Source: Actinomycetes bacterium
GTDB taxonomy: Bacteria > Actinomycetota > Acidimicrobiia > Acidimicrobiales > JAMCPL01
Direction of reading: 5' to 3'
Assembly: GCA_021841005.1 (NCBI GenBank)
Contig: JAKBVZ010000015.1
Coordinates: 16,795-80,794, forward strand
Length of the DNA stretch: 64,000 bases
Part shown: one piece after another, positions 19,377-28,965 of the stretch
How positions within the stretch are numbered: the stretch's first letter is position 1
How the letters are laid out: each line of letters starts with the position of its first letter
Translations under genes and position numbers: made by a program
Notes under the pieces: generated by a model
Database searches by the model: none
Seen by the model: only the letters and a program-made list of their open reading frames with translations
Told to the model about the DNA's origin: nothing

Positions 19377-20991
19377 TGTAACCTTGAATAGTGCCCAAGG
19401 CCGGGGCTCGTTGAATGTGCCGAGACCTGTGGTGGCCATTGGCGCCGGACCAGCCGGATTGACCGCGGCATACAGGCTACTGCAGGGCGGTGCAGATGTG
19501 CTGGTTCTCGAGGCGGACAGCGTCGTCGGTGGGATCAGCAGGACTGTCCAGCGGGATGGCTGGCGTTTCGATATAGGCGGGCATCGGTTCTTCACCAAGG
19601 TAGCAGAGGTGGAATCATTCTGGCACGACATTCTATCGGATACGGAGTTCCTGGTGCGGCCGCGGATGAGTCGCATATTCTACGATGGAAAGTTCTTCGA
19701 CTATCCGATCCGACCAGTCAATGCGCTCAAGAATCTGGGCCTGCTGGAAGCTGTCCTCTGTATGGGGTCGTATGCCTGGGCCCGCATACAGCCTCCATCT
19801 GATCAGGATACTTTTGAGGGATGGACGGCATCGCGCTTTGGTTGGAGGCTCTACCGCAAATTCTTCAAGTCATACACCGAGAAGGTGTGGGGCATGCCCG
19901 CAACTGAGATCAGGGCAGACTGGGCAGCGCAGCGGATCAAGAATCTGTCCCTGAGCAAGGCTGTGCTCCAGGCAATTTTCAAGAAGTCTGGCGGGGAGAC
20001 GGTTACGAGCTTGATAGAGGAGTTCCAATATCCCAAGTACGGTCCCGGAATGATGTGGGAACGCTGCTGCGAACTTGTAAGGAGTGGCGGTGGTACTGTG
20101 TTGCTGGACAGTCCCGTGGTCTCCGTGAGGCATTCCGGTGGCTTGGCCACCCATGTCACTTACCGTAGTAATGCCGGTCGTAGCAACACGACGCTTGTGC
20201 ATGAGCCGGAGATGGAGGTAAGGCACCAGTCACTTGGGCAAGCATCAGCGTCCCTTCAGTTGGATGTGCATGAGCCGGAGATAGTCCCTGCAGGCCGATC
20301 GTACCGTGAGCGCTCCACTGATGGTGGCAGTGATTCCCTACGTGAGGTGCAGGTATCGGCGGTCATATCGTCCATGCCCTTACGGGATCTGGCCACTGTC
20401 CTCGATCCCTCTCCTCCAGAGGAGGTGCTGGTCGCTGCGGGCCGCTTGTCGTACAGGGATTTCTTGACGGTGGCTCTCATAGTACCTGAATCATGCGGCT
20501 TCCCGGACAACTGGATCTATATCCATGATCCTAATGTGTATGCCGGTCGTATACAGAACTTCGGATCGTGGTCACCCTGGATGGTAAAGGACGGCCAAAC
20601 ATGTCTTGGTATGGAATACTTCGTCTCTGAAGGGGATGAGCTGTGGGAGATGTCGGACGAGACACTAGTGGAATTGGCAAAGCGCGAGTTGGACAGTATC
20701 GGGCTTGTCAGTGCGGACGTTGTCGAAAACGGGTATGTGGTTCGGATGCCAAAGGCCTACCCTGTATATGACGAGGGGTACCAGGAAGCAGTCGAAACCA
20801 TACGGAAGTGGCTGGATATAAATGTCGCCAATGTATATCCGGTAGGTAGGAATGGGATGCATCGATACAACAACCAGGACCACTCTATGTACACCGCCAT
20901 GCTTGCTGTCGAGAACATACTCCAAGGCGCTTCTCATGATGTATGGTCCGTCAATGTCGAGGCTGATTACCACGAAGAGCACGCTAAATGA
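19372..20991 (+). CDS. NAD(P)/FAD-dependent oxidoreductase (amine-oxidase / UDP-galactopyranose-mutase-like fold)
   Basis: Dinucleotide fold 'VVAIGAGPAGLTAAYRLLQGGADVLVLEADSVVGG'. The start is uncertain: GTG 19372 or GTG 19417. Confidence 0.75.
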   Translation: MTVTLNSAQGRGSLNVPRPVVAIGAGPAGLTAAYRLLQGGADVLVLEADSVVGGISRTVQRDGWRFDIGGHRFFTKVAEVESFWHDILSDTEFLVRPRMSRIFYDGKFFDYPIRPVNALKNLGLLEAVLCMGSYAWARIQPPSDQDTFEGWTASRFGWRLYRKFFKSYTEKVWGMPATEIRADWAAQRIKNLSLSKAVLQAIFKKSGGETVTSLIEEFQYPKYGPGMMWERCCELVRSGGGTVLLDSPVVSVRHSGGLATHVTYRSNAGRSNTTLVHEPEMEVRHQSLGQASASLQLDVHEPEIVPAGRSYRERSTDGGSDSLREVQVSAVISSMPLRDLATVLDPSPPEEVLVAAGRLSYRDFLTVALIVPESCGFPDNWIYIHDPNVYAGRIQNFGSWSPWMVKDGQTCLGMEYFVSEGDELWEMSDETLVELAKRELDSIGLVSADVVENGYVVRMPKAYPVYDEGYQEAVETIRKWLDINVANVYPVGRNGMHRYNNQDHSMYTAMLAVENILQGASHDVWSVNVEADYHEEHAK

Positions 20992-21053
20992 TTGTGGTTA
21001 CGCAGGCGCGCTACGCATTTCGCCCACATTCCCATAGCCGCATTAGCGGCGGT

Positions 21054-21434
21054 CTATCCGTGAGGGTACCCGGTTTCGCTCCAGTTCCCGCCGCCTTCCT
21101 GGGCCCGATGGCCTATCATTGGGATCGGCAGGCGGAATCCAGTTGCCATGGCTATGCCCAGGAGAAGCATCACTACGGCCATCGTTGAATAGACAATGGC
21201 ATGCTCGCCATTGATGAGCCGGCTCAGAGCGGTTGCTCCGAATGCAATCGGCAGGATGATTGCACTGACTCCAGCGGCAAAGATGAAGGTCATAGTGAGC
21301 AACCCTCTCCGGCGATGCACCCCGGTTGCAAGATAGGCAGGTAGCATGATCGATACGCAGCAGGGAGCGAACAGCGCCACCATGCCGACGAAAAAGGCGG
21401 CAACAACGGCGGTGCTGAAGAGAAGTTGACTCAC
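21054..21434 (-). CDS. short CcdA/DsbD_2-like membrane protein (about half the usual length, possibly truncated)
   Basis: Three TM helices, the first carrying 'LFAPCCVSIMLP'. Only 126 aa, with no obvious SD. Confidence 0.45.
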   Translation of the reverse strand: MSQLLFSTAVVAAFFVGMVALFAPCCVSIMLPAYLATGVHRRRGLLTMTFIFAAGVSAIILPIAFGATALSRLINGEHAIVYSTMAVVMLLLGIAMATGFRLPIPMIGHRAQEGGGNWSETGYPHG

Positions 21435-21488
21435 GATACGATGGCTTTTTAAGCTCTACCGGAATTGGCCTTGGTGGGGTGAACCCGG

Positions 21489-22145
21489 TTATACATTGAA
21501 TGCTGCATTTGGAGATACATGTTCCGGCTGACCCTTAGCCGAACCGGCCGGGTCTCGCCGACATATCTCGGCGATCCTCCACCACCACGAAATCCGTTGT
21601 TCGAGGTAGTAGTCCATGCTGTAGCGTGCGGGGCTGGCATAAGCGTTCAGAGCGAGCAGGCCTAGGAAGACCACGACATAGATGATGCTCGTGCCGACAT
21701 CGGTCGATCCTGCGGTATACGGACCTCCGAAACCCTCGACCGTCGACCAGATGAGGAAGCTGAACACCGCTGCAGAGACATAGGTGAGCTTGCGGGCGAA
21801 TCCCAATACAAGAGCGGCTGCGATGAGCGTCTCTACGATGGCGACCAGATAGGCAAAGAACATTGCCGCCGGGTGCTGCAGATGGATCCAGAAGCTGAAC
21901 CAGGGCTGCAGCCAGCCTGGCTGTCCCTTTGCTTCGCCCATGATCATGCCCATGTAGCCCGAACGAAACCCCGGAGTCCACTTAAGTGCTGCATCGATGA
22001 GCCAGATCACCCCGAAAGTGATTCGCAGGGCATCTTTTGGCCAAGCGGGTGGAGTCGCAGAGTGTGGTGCCTGCCCAGAATCCGCATCCAATAGCTGTTC
22101 CTGCGTCTTGCTGGTGGTGGTGCTGGTATTTGCCTGTTCTGTCAT
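21489..22145 (-). CDS. DoxX-like polytopic membrane protein
   Basis: Strong AAGGAGG SD and four hydrophobic helices. Resemblance to the DoxX/DoxD family is from memory only. Confidence 0.5.
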   Translation of the reverse strand: MTEQANTSTTTSKTQEQLLDADSGQAPHSATPPAWPKDALRITFGVIWLIDAALKWTPGFRSGYMGMIMGEAKGQPGWLQPWFSFWIHLQHPAAMFFAYLVAIVETLIAAALVLGFARKLTYVSAAVFSFLIWSTVEGFGGPYTAGSTDVGTSIIYVVVFLGLLALNAYASPARYSMDYYLEQRISWWWRIAEICRRDPAGSAKGQPEHVSPNAAFNV

Positions 22146-22253
22146 GGGACCTCCTTATTGGTGAGTGCTGATGCTATTGAAATCCTGAATCTTGGGTATC
22201 CGCTGAGCCTCTAACATCATCTATCGTTATCATACATCTAGAATGCCATAATA

Positions 22254-22268
22254 TACCCCTAGGGGGTA
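22254..22268. promoter_or_regulatory. CsoR-type operator-like palindrome
   Basis: TACCCCTAGGGGGTA is an AT-flanked C-tract/G-tract inverted repeat. It lies just downstream of a TAGAAT hexamer, between the DoxX-like gene and csoR. Confidence 0.5.
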
Positions 22269-22528
22269 GTGCCATAGGATGGAATCGACAGGGACTAATT
22301 ATGTAGGGGGATAATACGGTCATCTCTAACATGCTTCACCGTGCGATGCTACCGGCATGACAGCATGGTCATCGCCATTAAGGTCGTGGGTCGTGGGTCG
22401 TAGTTCTGGTAGTGGTGAATAGCCCTACCCCCTACACCTACTCCTTTCCCTATCCCGAGGTGTAAGCTGGCTGTGTAGGCAACTGATAACCGACCTGTTA
22501 GGTTCCAACCGGTAAATGGAGGTGGCAA

Positions 22529-22933
22529 GTGAGAGCAGAGATTGAAGCCGATGTTCTCGGCAAGGAACCCAGAGGTAAGGAGTCTGGCGGCGGCATAACC
22601 AACGAAGAATGCAGCCATCCGCCGGTAGCGGGAGGCAATCGCCGGCGACCGGTTCGCGGGTATGCCTCAGGCAAGGAGGATTACCTGGTACGGCTACGTA
22701 AAATCGAGGGGCAGGTGCGGGGATTGCAGAAGATGATCGAATCCGATACCTGGTGCCCTGACGTGGTAATCCAGGTCGCATCGGCGAATCGGGCATTACA
22801 GGAAGTGGCGGTTGGCCTGCTGAGCGACCATCTGAATCACTGCGTACTTTCCGCTGCGCGCAATTCGACCAGTGAGGGCGAGGACGCTTTGCTCGAGGTG
22901 GCGAGCACGATACGGCAAGTAATGCAGTTGTGA
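22529..22933 (+). CDS. csoR: CsoR-family copper-sensing transcriptional repressor
   Basis: 'YLVRLRKIEGQVRGLQKMIESDTWCPDVVIQ...LSDHLNHCV' carries the Cys/His/Cys ligand set at the canonical positions. GTG start after a GGAGG SD. Confidence 0.88.
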   Translation: MRAEIEADVLGKEPRGKESGGGITNEECSHPPVAGGNRRRPVRGYASGKEDYLVRLRKIEGQVRGLQKMIESDTWCPDVVIQVASANRALQEVAVGLLSDHLNHCVLSAARNSTSEGEDALLEVASTIRQVMQL

Positions 22934-23458
22934 CCGGCACAGCCTGCCGCGTCGTTGTCAAGGCAACCTCACGTACAGGCAGGCAACACCTGATTGCCCA
23001 AGCGTCCGTTGTTGCTTCGTCCCTAAGCCGTCCTGAGTGGTTTGACAGTGAGGCTCGCCCGGCACGTCAATACATACCCACGAAATATGCAGTGGCATTC
23101 CCGCTTCTATGACCCGTTACCGTGATCTCCAGCCTGTCGCCAGCTACCGGCGGTAGGGGGTCTATGTGAAATAGTACAACACGGGTCAGGTGTTCTCGTG
23201 TTAAGCGTTATACGCACATTATCCGGCCAATGGGCACATTGGTTCACCCGGAGCGCAGCTCCGGGTCCGGATAATACCTGTTCAACCGGCTGATCGAGGC
23301 GCTCAGTAGTCCGGACGAGGTGCCTCACGATCAGCCGGTCAACTGGCACTCCGCAACGACATCAGTGTAGCTTGGCATAGAGACCTCGTGCCGACGGATC
23401 ACCTTGGGCGAGCGAAGCCCTGAATGTTTACGGCTAGGACGTCAGGCTAGCCATCGCA

Positions 23459-23947
23459 TCAGGCTGGGCTGTCAGGCTGGAGGATCAGCGATGGTGTCGC
23501 TGTAACGATGATGACAAACAGCAAGAACGTCATGATATGTACAGACGTACACCATAGGCAGATTGCCCCGACGTCGAACAGTTCGACATAAATGAGGTAG
23601 ATCACAAAGCACATTCCCACGACAGAAAGCGCCAACCTGGCCAGGTGTATGTTACGCACAGGAGTGCGCCAAGCGGCTGGAATGCTCAACACCATCATGG
23701 AAAGGAAGAAGGGAAGCCCCAGCACCGCCACAGGGATACCGAAGATGACCGACTGCGGGCTGGTGGTCACCTTCGCACAGTTGATCAGAGACGTGGTGGA
23801 ACAGACCAGTGGTACCGCTCCCCTGTCATAGTGAGTGAGGGTCAGGTAGGTGGAGACTCCCGTGCCGATGGCAGCCAGTACAAGACAGGCCATCTGGCGC
23901 CACGCCAACCGTATAGGCCTCAGATCATTGGTTGACATGGGACTCAC
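23459..23947 (-). CDS. vitamin K epoxide reductase (VKOR) family protein
   Basis: Loop cysteines 'CSTTSLINC', active-site 'CLWC', and 4-5 TM helices. Confidence 0.85.
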   Translation of the reverse strand: MSPMSTNDLRPIRLAWRQMACLVLAAIGTGVSTYLTLTHYDRGAVPLVCSTTSLINCAKVTTSPQSVIFGIPVAVLGLPFFLSMMVLSIPAAWRTPVRNIHLARLALSVVGMCFVIYLIYVELFDVGAICLWCTSVHIMTFLLFVIIVTATPSLILQPDSPA

Positions 23948-24001
23948 CTCCTACTTGCATGCAGCGGTGAAGCCAGCGTGCGTAGTACGGGCACCGGATG
24001 A

Positions 24002-25195
24002 TCAGCCAAGACCCATACTGCTCTGGGCTGCCTTGACCGGAGCGCTGGTGCATACCGATGAGGGCTGATCCTTGGTAATCGAGCAGATCGCACCCGTAAT
24101 GTAGTTAGCGACTCCGATGACAGCCTTGCCAAGCGTAGTATTGCCACCCTTCACCTGACTTGCAATCTGGTACCAGTTGAGCCCGGACAAGAGCGCAGGA
24201 TTATAGCTTGCGCCAGAGATAATTACCTTGTTCCCGATATCCACAAACGGTATAGCACCAGAAGAGGAAGTAGATGTCGCCGGCCCCGTATAGGGTGGAC
24301 CATCATATTTAGCCACAAGCGCGCTCTCCGTCTTTGTAGGAGTCATAAGAGTCGTGTAGCCACCACCTGATGCAAGTGGCTTGTTGGTCTCGTACTCCAC
24401 TGGCACGAAGGACAGGTACGGGCTGGCAAAGCTGGACTTGTAGAAGCTGAATGTATTGGTCTGCGGGTAGACATCAATCGCCGACGATGTGGTGATCCGA
24501 AGGTGGCTGAATGTCCCGAATCGGCTCAGGGCAACCACCACTGGCCAGCGCTCGGTTGCGCAGAAAGGACAGTACTCTGCACCGAAGTAGAACACCTCGG
24601 GCTTGCCATTGTCCACAAGCGGAGGCTGGCTCTTAGTGATCTTTATCGGAGGATTGAAACTTATGGTACTTGACAACGACTTGCTCGGAACCCCAACCGA
24701 GTCGAACTCTGACAATGGTATCGTAGTCACATCCTTCACCACCGATGTAGGTGCAGGTTGCGACGAGGCCGCCTTGGATGAGCTGGAGGATGACCCGCTG
24801 AGCTTGACGGCCACCACCACCGCCACGATGACGATGACCAAGAACACCGCACCCCACGCCATGAACGCAGTGGACCTCCCGGCACCCCGCCCCTGACCAG
24901 ACCCACCTGCGACCTGGCGGTTCCTGCCTGCCTTGGCATCCTGATCCCGGTGCGGCCGGCCACCACTTGACGCATGTCCACCTTCTCGGTAAGTGCCGAC
25001 ACCTCCACCCAAGCGACCAGCTGGCTTGGATGCCTGCGATGCACGACCCGCACTAGGAGAACCCGATCGAGACGTTGGCTTCCCCCTGGAAGACCCCGAT
25101 CCGCCAGACCCTATACCGCCCTGCCTGCCACCGGCTGGCTGGCGGTTGCCCTGGGTGCCCGCGCTCCTTTTCTCTTGCTTGTTCTCATCAGCCAT
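24002..25195 (-). CDS. DUF929-type thioredoxin-like membrane-anchored protein (probable VKOR partner)
   Basis: RG-rich N-terminus, one TM, and the thioredoxin-like motif '[15 protein letters not shown]'. Lies immediately upstream of VKOR on the same strand. Confidence 0.75.
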   Translation of the reverse strand: MADENKQEKRSAGTQGNRQPAGGRQGGIGSGGSGSSRGKPTSRSGSPSAGRASQASKPAGRLGGGVGTYREGGHASSGGRPHRDQDAKAGRNRQVAGGSGQGRGAGRSTAFMAWGAVFLVIVIVAVVVAVKLSGSSSSSSKAASSQPAPTSVVKDVTTIPLSEFDSVGVPSKSLSSTISFNPPIKITKSQPPLVDNGKPEVFYFGAEYCPFCATERWPVVVALSRFGTFSHLRITTSSAIDVYPQTNTFSFYKSSFASPYLSFVPVEYETNKPLASGGGYTTLMTPTKTESALVAKYDGPPYTGPATSTSSSGAIPFVDIGNKVIISGASYNPALLSGLNWYQIASQVKGGNTTLGKAVIGVANYITGAICSITKDQPSSVCTSAPVKAAQSSMGLG

Positions 25196-25425
25196 GGTCC
25201 AAGGTTACCACTCTTTCAGAATCCGCAACAGTGCGCCTGCATACGCCTCCATATAAATCGAGGTGGCACTGATGATACAAGGACAACGGTGAACTGCCGC
25301 GTCCTTACAGACGGGGCACTCTCGCCTGGAATCCGGTAGAACGACGGTAGAACGTAGGAAGTTTGCGGCTACATCCAGGTGAACCTCCCGCCCTTACGGA
25401 AGGGGATTGCGGCCGACATATGGAT

Positions 25426-26613
25426 TCAAGTGCTTGCACTGTTCGTGAATCGCGTGGTGGAACTGCGCGACAGCAAAGCCCTACGCTTCATGACCTCTCC
25501 CGTGAAGGCTCTCCCCCTGGCGAGCCGGGTCAAAATATCCAACTGCCCATTCGGTCTTGCCAGCATCCACGAGTGCCCCCCGGGTACCCAGAGCACCTTT
25601 TCCCCACTTGCTACCTCGAACTCCTCCGCTGTGGCGGCATGGGCTATCCTGTCAAAGCAGCCCCAGACCGGAAGCAGGGGTATCTCGCCCTTCTCCGCAA
25701 GATTACGGATATCAGCCGTCATGTCTATTGTGAACAGCATTGCTCCCACCGGGATCGTACGTCCGAGCGATCTAACGTTGCGCCTGAAATCAGGTAAAAC
25801 CGCCCTTATGGTCTCCGCCCTGCGCCTGCCTACAAGCATGTCGGGCAGATCGAACACCAGCGCTGCAACAAGATCAGCCACATTGGCTACATCAGGGGCA
25901 AACGGCTTTATCGCATCCACTATCAGCCCGTTACGCTGCCGCCATCCCGGCGTAGCGGCGCCATCTCTGTAGATGATTCCAAGAGTTCTTTCAGGATACT
26001 GCTCGGCAAATGCCACCGCAATCGCCCCACCCATTGAATGACCCATCAGGAGCGCCCTGTCTATGCCAAGATGGTCCATGAGAATGGCAACCTGTCCGGC
26101 CATCTCGTACACGTTCACTTGTCGCCACGGCAACGGATCGCTACCACCAAAACCAGGCAGGCTGGGCGCGAGCACCCTCCATCCAAGCCCTTCCGCCAAG
26201 TAACGCGACTCTTCCCAGTACATGCCGCCACCCGCAAAGAACCCGTGCAGGCTGACCACCCACATCGGTTCCGGTATGCCTGCAGGATCAATGGGGATGT
26301 CATCATAGTTGTCACTTACGGCGTAGCGTAGCCGACGACCTTCCACCAGTAATACGTTGTGTATCATGTGCACTGCATGCTTGATGCGCCTGCCGCCCGT
26401 ATCGAAGGATGCGGTCGAACGATCCGCCTGTCTCCCGCGCTGCTCCGGAACCACCTGCTTTCTGTGCTGCTCGGACGTACTCGATCTCCCGACAGGCCTC
26501 CTAGAAAATTGAGAAACCGTACGCGTCCCTTCGACAGGATACAACTTGGTGTTCCTCCAAGTAGGCAGGAGGTCCGAAAGGTCTCTCAACGGCCCTATAA
26601 ATGGCGTGTTCAT
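25426..26613 (-). CDS. alpha/beta-fold hydrolase
   Basis: Nucleophile elbow 'GHSMGG' and an oxyanion region 'LHGFFAGG'. Confidence 0.8.
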   Translation of the reverse strand: MNTPFIGPLRDLSDLLPTWRNTKLYPVEGTRTVSQFSRRPVGRSSTSEQHRKQVVPEQRGRQADRSTASFDTGGRRIKHAVHMIHNVLLVEGRRLRYAVSDNYDDIPIDPAGIPEPMWVVSLHGFFAGGGMYWEESRYLAEGLGWRVLAPSLPGFGGSDPLPWRQVNVYEMAGQVAILMDHLGIDRALLMGHSMGGAIAVAFAEQYPERTLGIIYRDGAATPGWRQRNGLIVDAIKPFAPDVANVADLVAALVFDLPDMLVGRRRAETIRAVLPDFRRNVRSLGRTIPVGAMLFTIDMTADIRNLAEKGEIPLLPVWGCFDRIAHAATAEEFEVASGEKVLWVPGGHSWMLARPNGQLDILTRLARGRAFTGEVMKRRALLSRSSTTRFTNSAST

Positions 26614-26665
26614 GGTGTTTGACCAAGGATAGCGCTAAGCCGCTCGCATGTGGTGGACACCTCGC

Positions 26666-28102
26666 TCATTCCGTGGCTCGAGACTGAGGCCTCAGCGTAG
26701 GAAAGGCGATCACGTCCCTAATGCTCGGCTGATCGGTCAGCAGCATGACAAGACGATCCATGCCCATTCCCAGACCGGCAGTGGGAGGCAGTCCATGCTC
26801 GAGCGCGTGTATGTAGTCCTCGTCCACCGTCATCGCTTCCTCGTCACCATTGGCATGCCGGAGCGCTTGCATCTCGAACCTCGACCTCTGATCATCGGGG
26901 TCAACCAGCTCCGAGAAGGCATTGGCAAGTTCCCTACCTGCTATCACCACCTCGAACCTCTCCACCAACGCCTGGTTGTCCCTGTGGCGCCGGGCAAGAG
27001 GAGAAACCTCTACGGGAAAGTCTTTCACGATCACAGGACCCCAAAGATGCGCTTCGCATGCCTTCTCATATATCTCCATCAAGAGTTTCCCGCTACCCCA
27101 ACCACTCTCAGGAACAGTCCCCAGATCTCTCAGGAATTCGGTCATCACTGTAACAGGGGTATCCACTGTAAAGGCGCAACCAGTACTCTCCTCCACCAGC
27201 TCCTCCAAGGTGGCCCTCCTCCAAGGTGGCTCGAGATCCACCTCCTTGCCTTGGTAAATGATCCTGGTGGTACCCAGTAATTTCCTGGCGAGAGTACTGA
27301 CGAGCGACTCCATGGACACCATGAGATCCTCGTAATCTGCATACGCTTGGTAAAGCTCCAGGATGGTGAACTCAGGGTTATGCCTGGGCGATATTCCCTC
27401 GTTCCGGAAGACCCGGCCAATCTCGAACACCTTTTCGAAACCTCCGACCACCAGGCGTTTCAGGTAGAGCTCCGGCGCTATACGGAGGTAGAGATCCATG
27501 TCCAGCGCATTATGGTGAGTTACGAAGGGTCTAGCCAGCGCGCCGCCTGCAATAGGATGTAGCATGGGTGTCTCCACCTCGACGAACCCTTCCTCCTCCA
27601 ACATCCTCCTGGTCTCACTTATTATGGTAGAACGCGACTGGAGTATCTCACGAGAGCGTGCGTTGGCCCACAGATCCACCTCCCGTTGCCTGTAACGGAT
27701 CTCCACGTCGGTGATGCCGCGCCACTTGTCTCCGAACGGCAGCCTGGCCTCGGCCAGCATCACCCAGTCCTCCACCAGTATCGACAACTCGCCCCGCTTT
27801 GTCTTCACCACCTTGCCATTGGCCCCTATCCAATCGCCGAGAGAAAGCCTGGTGAACTCCTTGAACTTTGCCGTGGTAGCTGCACGGGCAAATAGCTGTA
27901 CCTGCCCGGAGGAATCCACCAGGGTCACAAAAGCGATCTTCCCCTGGCTTCTGACGAGCATCGCCCTGCCGGCCACGCTGTGACGCACTTCGGTCTCTTC
28001 TTCGGCAGCCAGGTCCGAGAACTGGTCATGCAGCAAAGCGGCGGTCGTGGTTCTCTCGTAACGGTACGGTATGCAAGATGATGGGTCTTCAGCCATGTCC
28101 AC
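26666..28102 (-). CDS. lysS: lysine--tRNA ligase, class II
   Basis: Motif 2 'FRNEGISPRHNPEFT' and motif 3 'PPTAGLGMGMDRLVMLL'. Confidence 0.96.
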   Translation of the reverse strand: MDMAEDPSSCIPYRYERTTTAALLHDQFSDLAAEEETEVRHSVAGRAMLVRSQGKIAFVTLVDSSGQVQLFARAATTAKFKEFTRLSLGDWIGANGKVVKTKRGELSILVEDWVMLAEARLPFGDKWRGITDVEIRYRQREVDLWANARSREILQSRSTIISETRRMLEEEGFVEVETPMLHPIAGGALARPFVTHHNALDMDLYLRIAPELYLKRLVVGGFEKVFEIGRVFRNEGISPRHNPEFTILELYQAYADYEDLMVSMESLVSTLARKLLGTTRIIYQGKEVDLEPPWRRATLEELVEESTGCAFTVDTPVTVMTEFLRDLGTVPESGWGSGKLLMEIYEKACEAHLWGPVIVKDFPVEVSPLARRHRDNQALVERFEVVIAGRELANAFSELVDPDDQRSRFEMQALRHANGDEEAMTVDEDYIHALEHGLPPTAGLGMGMDRLVMLLTDQPSIRDVIAFPTLRPQSRATE

Positions 28103-28958
28103 TCATACTACGGCGATACACCAGCCTGAGGCCATATAGTGTAAGCCAGGGATCGAGATGCTCCACAGCCTTGCAGTATGGAACCACCAATTCAGCAAGC
28201 CCACCCGTGGCCACCACCGTCGCGTGCCCTCCGAGTTCCTCGCGGAACAACCCACACATGGTATCCAGTTGCCCTGCAAACCCGTAGAGTACCCCGGACC
28301 GGATGGATTCCGCCGTCGATCTTCCGATCACCGACTTTGGCTGAGTGAGCACGACCTGGCTGAGAGCGGCAGCATGAGCAAAGAGGGCATCCATGCTGAT
28401 AGACACTCCCGGCATTATCGCTCCTCCGAGGTACTCCCCGCCCGCGGATATGCCGTCCAGAGTGGTGGCGGTGCCCAGATCAGCCACTATGCAGGGACCT
28501 CCGTAAAGATTGTACGCGCCGATGGCGTTGGCAATCCTATCAGGCCCTACCTCTCTCGGGTCCTCGTACAGTATAGGCATGCCGGAACGGAATCCCGGTT
28601 CCAGCACCACCAGTCTCACGCCGGGCAGCCACTTAGCGGCCATCGCACGCAAGGAGGCAGCGGCATTCGGAACAGATGAGGTGACCGCTATGCCATCCAC
28701 GACATCCTTGATGTCCATCCCTGCAAGCCTGAGCAGGTTTGAGAAACTCATCGCGTACTCGTCCGCGGTATGTTCGGGAACAGTAGAGATACGCCAATGA
28801 TGCACAAGGGTATCCGGGATCGGGCCGGTACCTCGAAAACTTACCTCACTCCCCGAATTCGTGTCACCCCGCGGGCTGTGCCCATCCGCCGGGCTCTCCT
28901 CGAGGTGGAACAGGCCGATCACCGTCTCGGTGTTCCCGATATCTACAGCCAGCAGCAC
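28089..28958 (-). CDS. coaX: type III pantothenate kinase
   Basis: 'LLAVDIGNTETVIGLF' and 'ADLGTATTLD'. The likely start is GTG 28958; the track's TTG start at 28982 lies inside the upstream repeat. Confidence 0.92.
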   Translation of the reverse strand: MLLAVDIGNTETVIGLFHLEESPADGHSPRGDTNSGSEVSFRGTGPIPDTLVHHWRISTVPEHTADEYAMSFSNLLRLAGMDIKDVVDGIAVTSSVPNAAASLRAMAAKWLPGVRLVVLEPGFRSGMPILYEDPREVGPDRIANAIGAYNLYGGPCIVADLGTATTLDGISAGGEYLGGAIMPGVSISMDALFAHAAALSQVVLTQPKSVIGRSTAESIRSGVLYGFAGQLDTMCGLFREELGGHATVVATGGLAELVVPYCKAVEHLDPWLTLYGLRLVYRRSMSGHG

Positions 28959-28965
28959 TTTACAG

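Noticed and set aside
23107-23349. 80-aa minus-strand ORF in the csoR/VKOR gap as a protein-coding gene.
   Set aside because: It has no SD and no recognisable domain. It overlaps the dense stem-loop structures, which explain the sequence constraints better.
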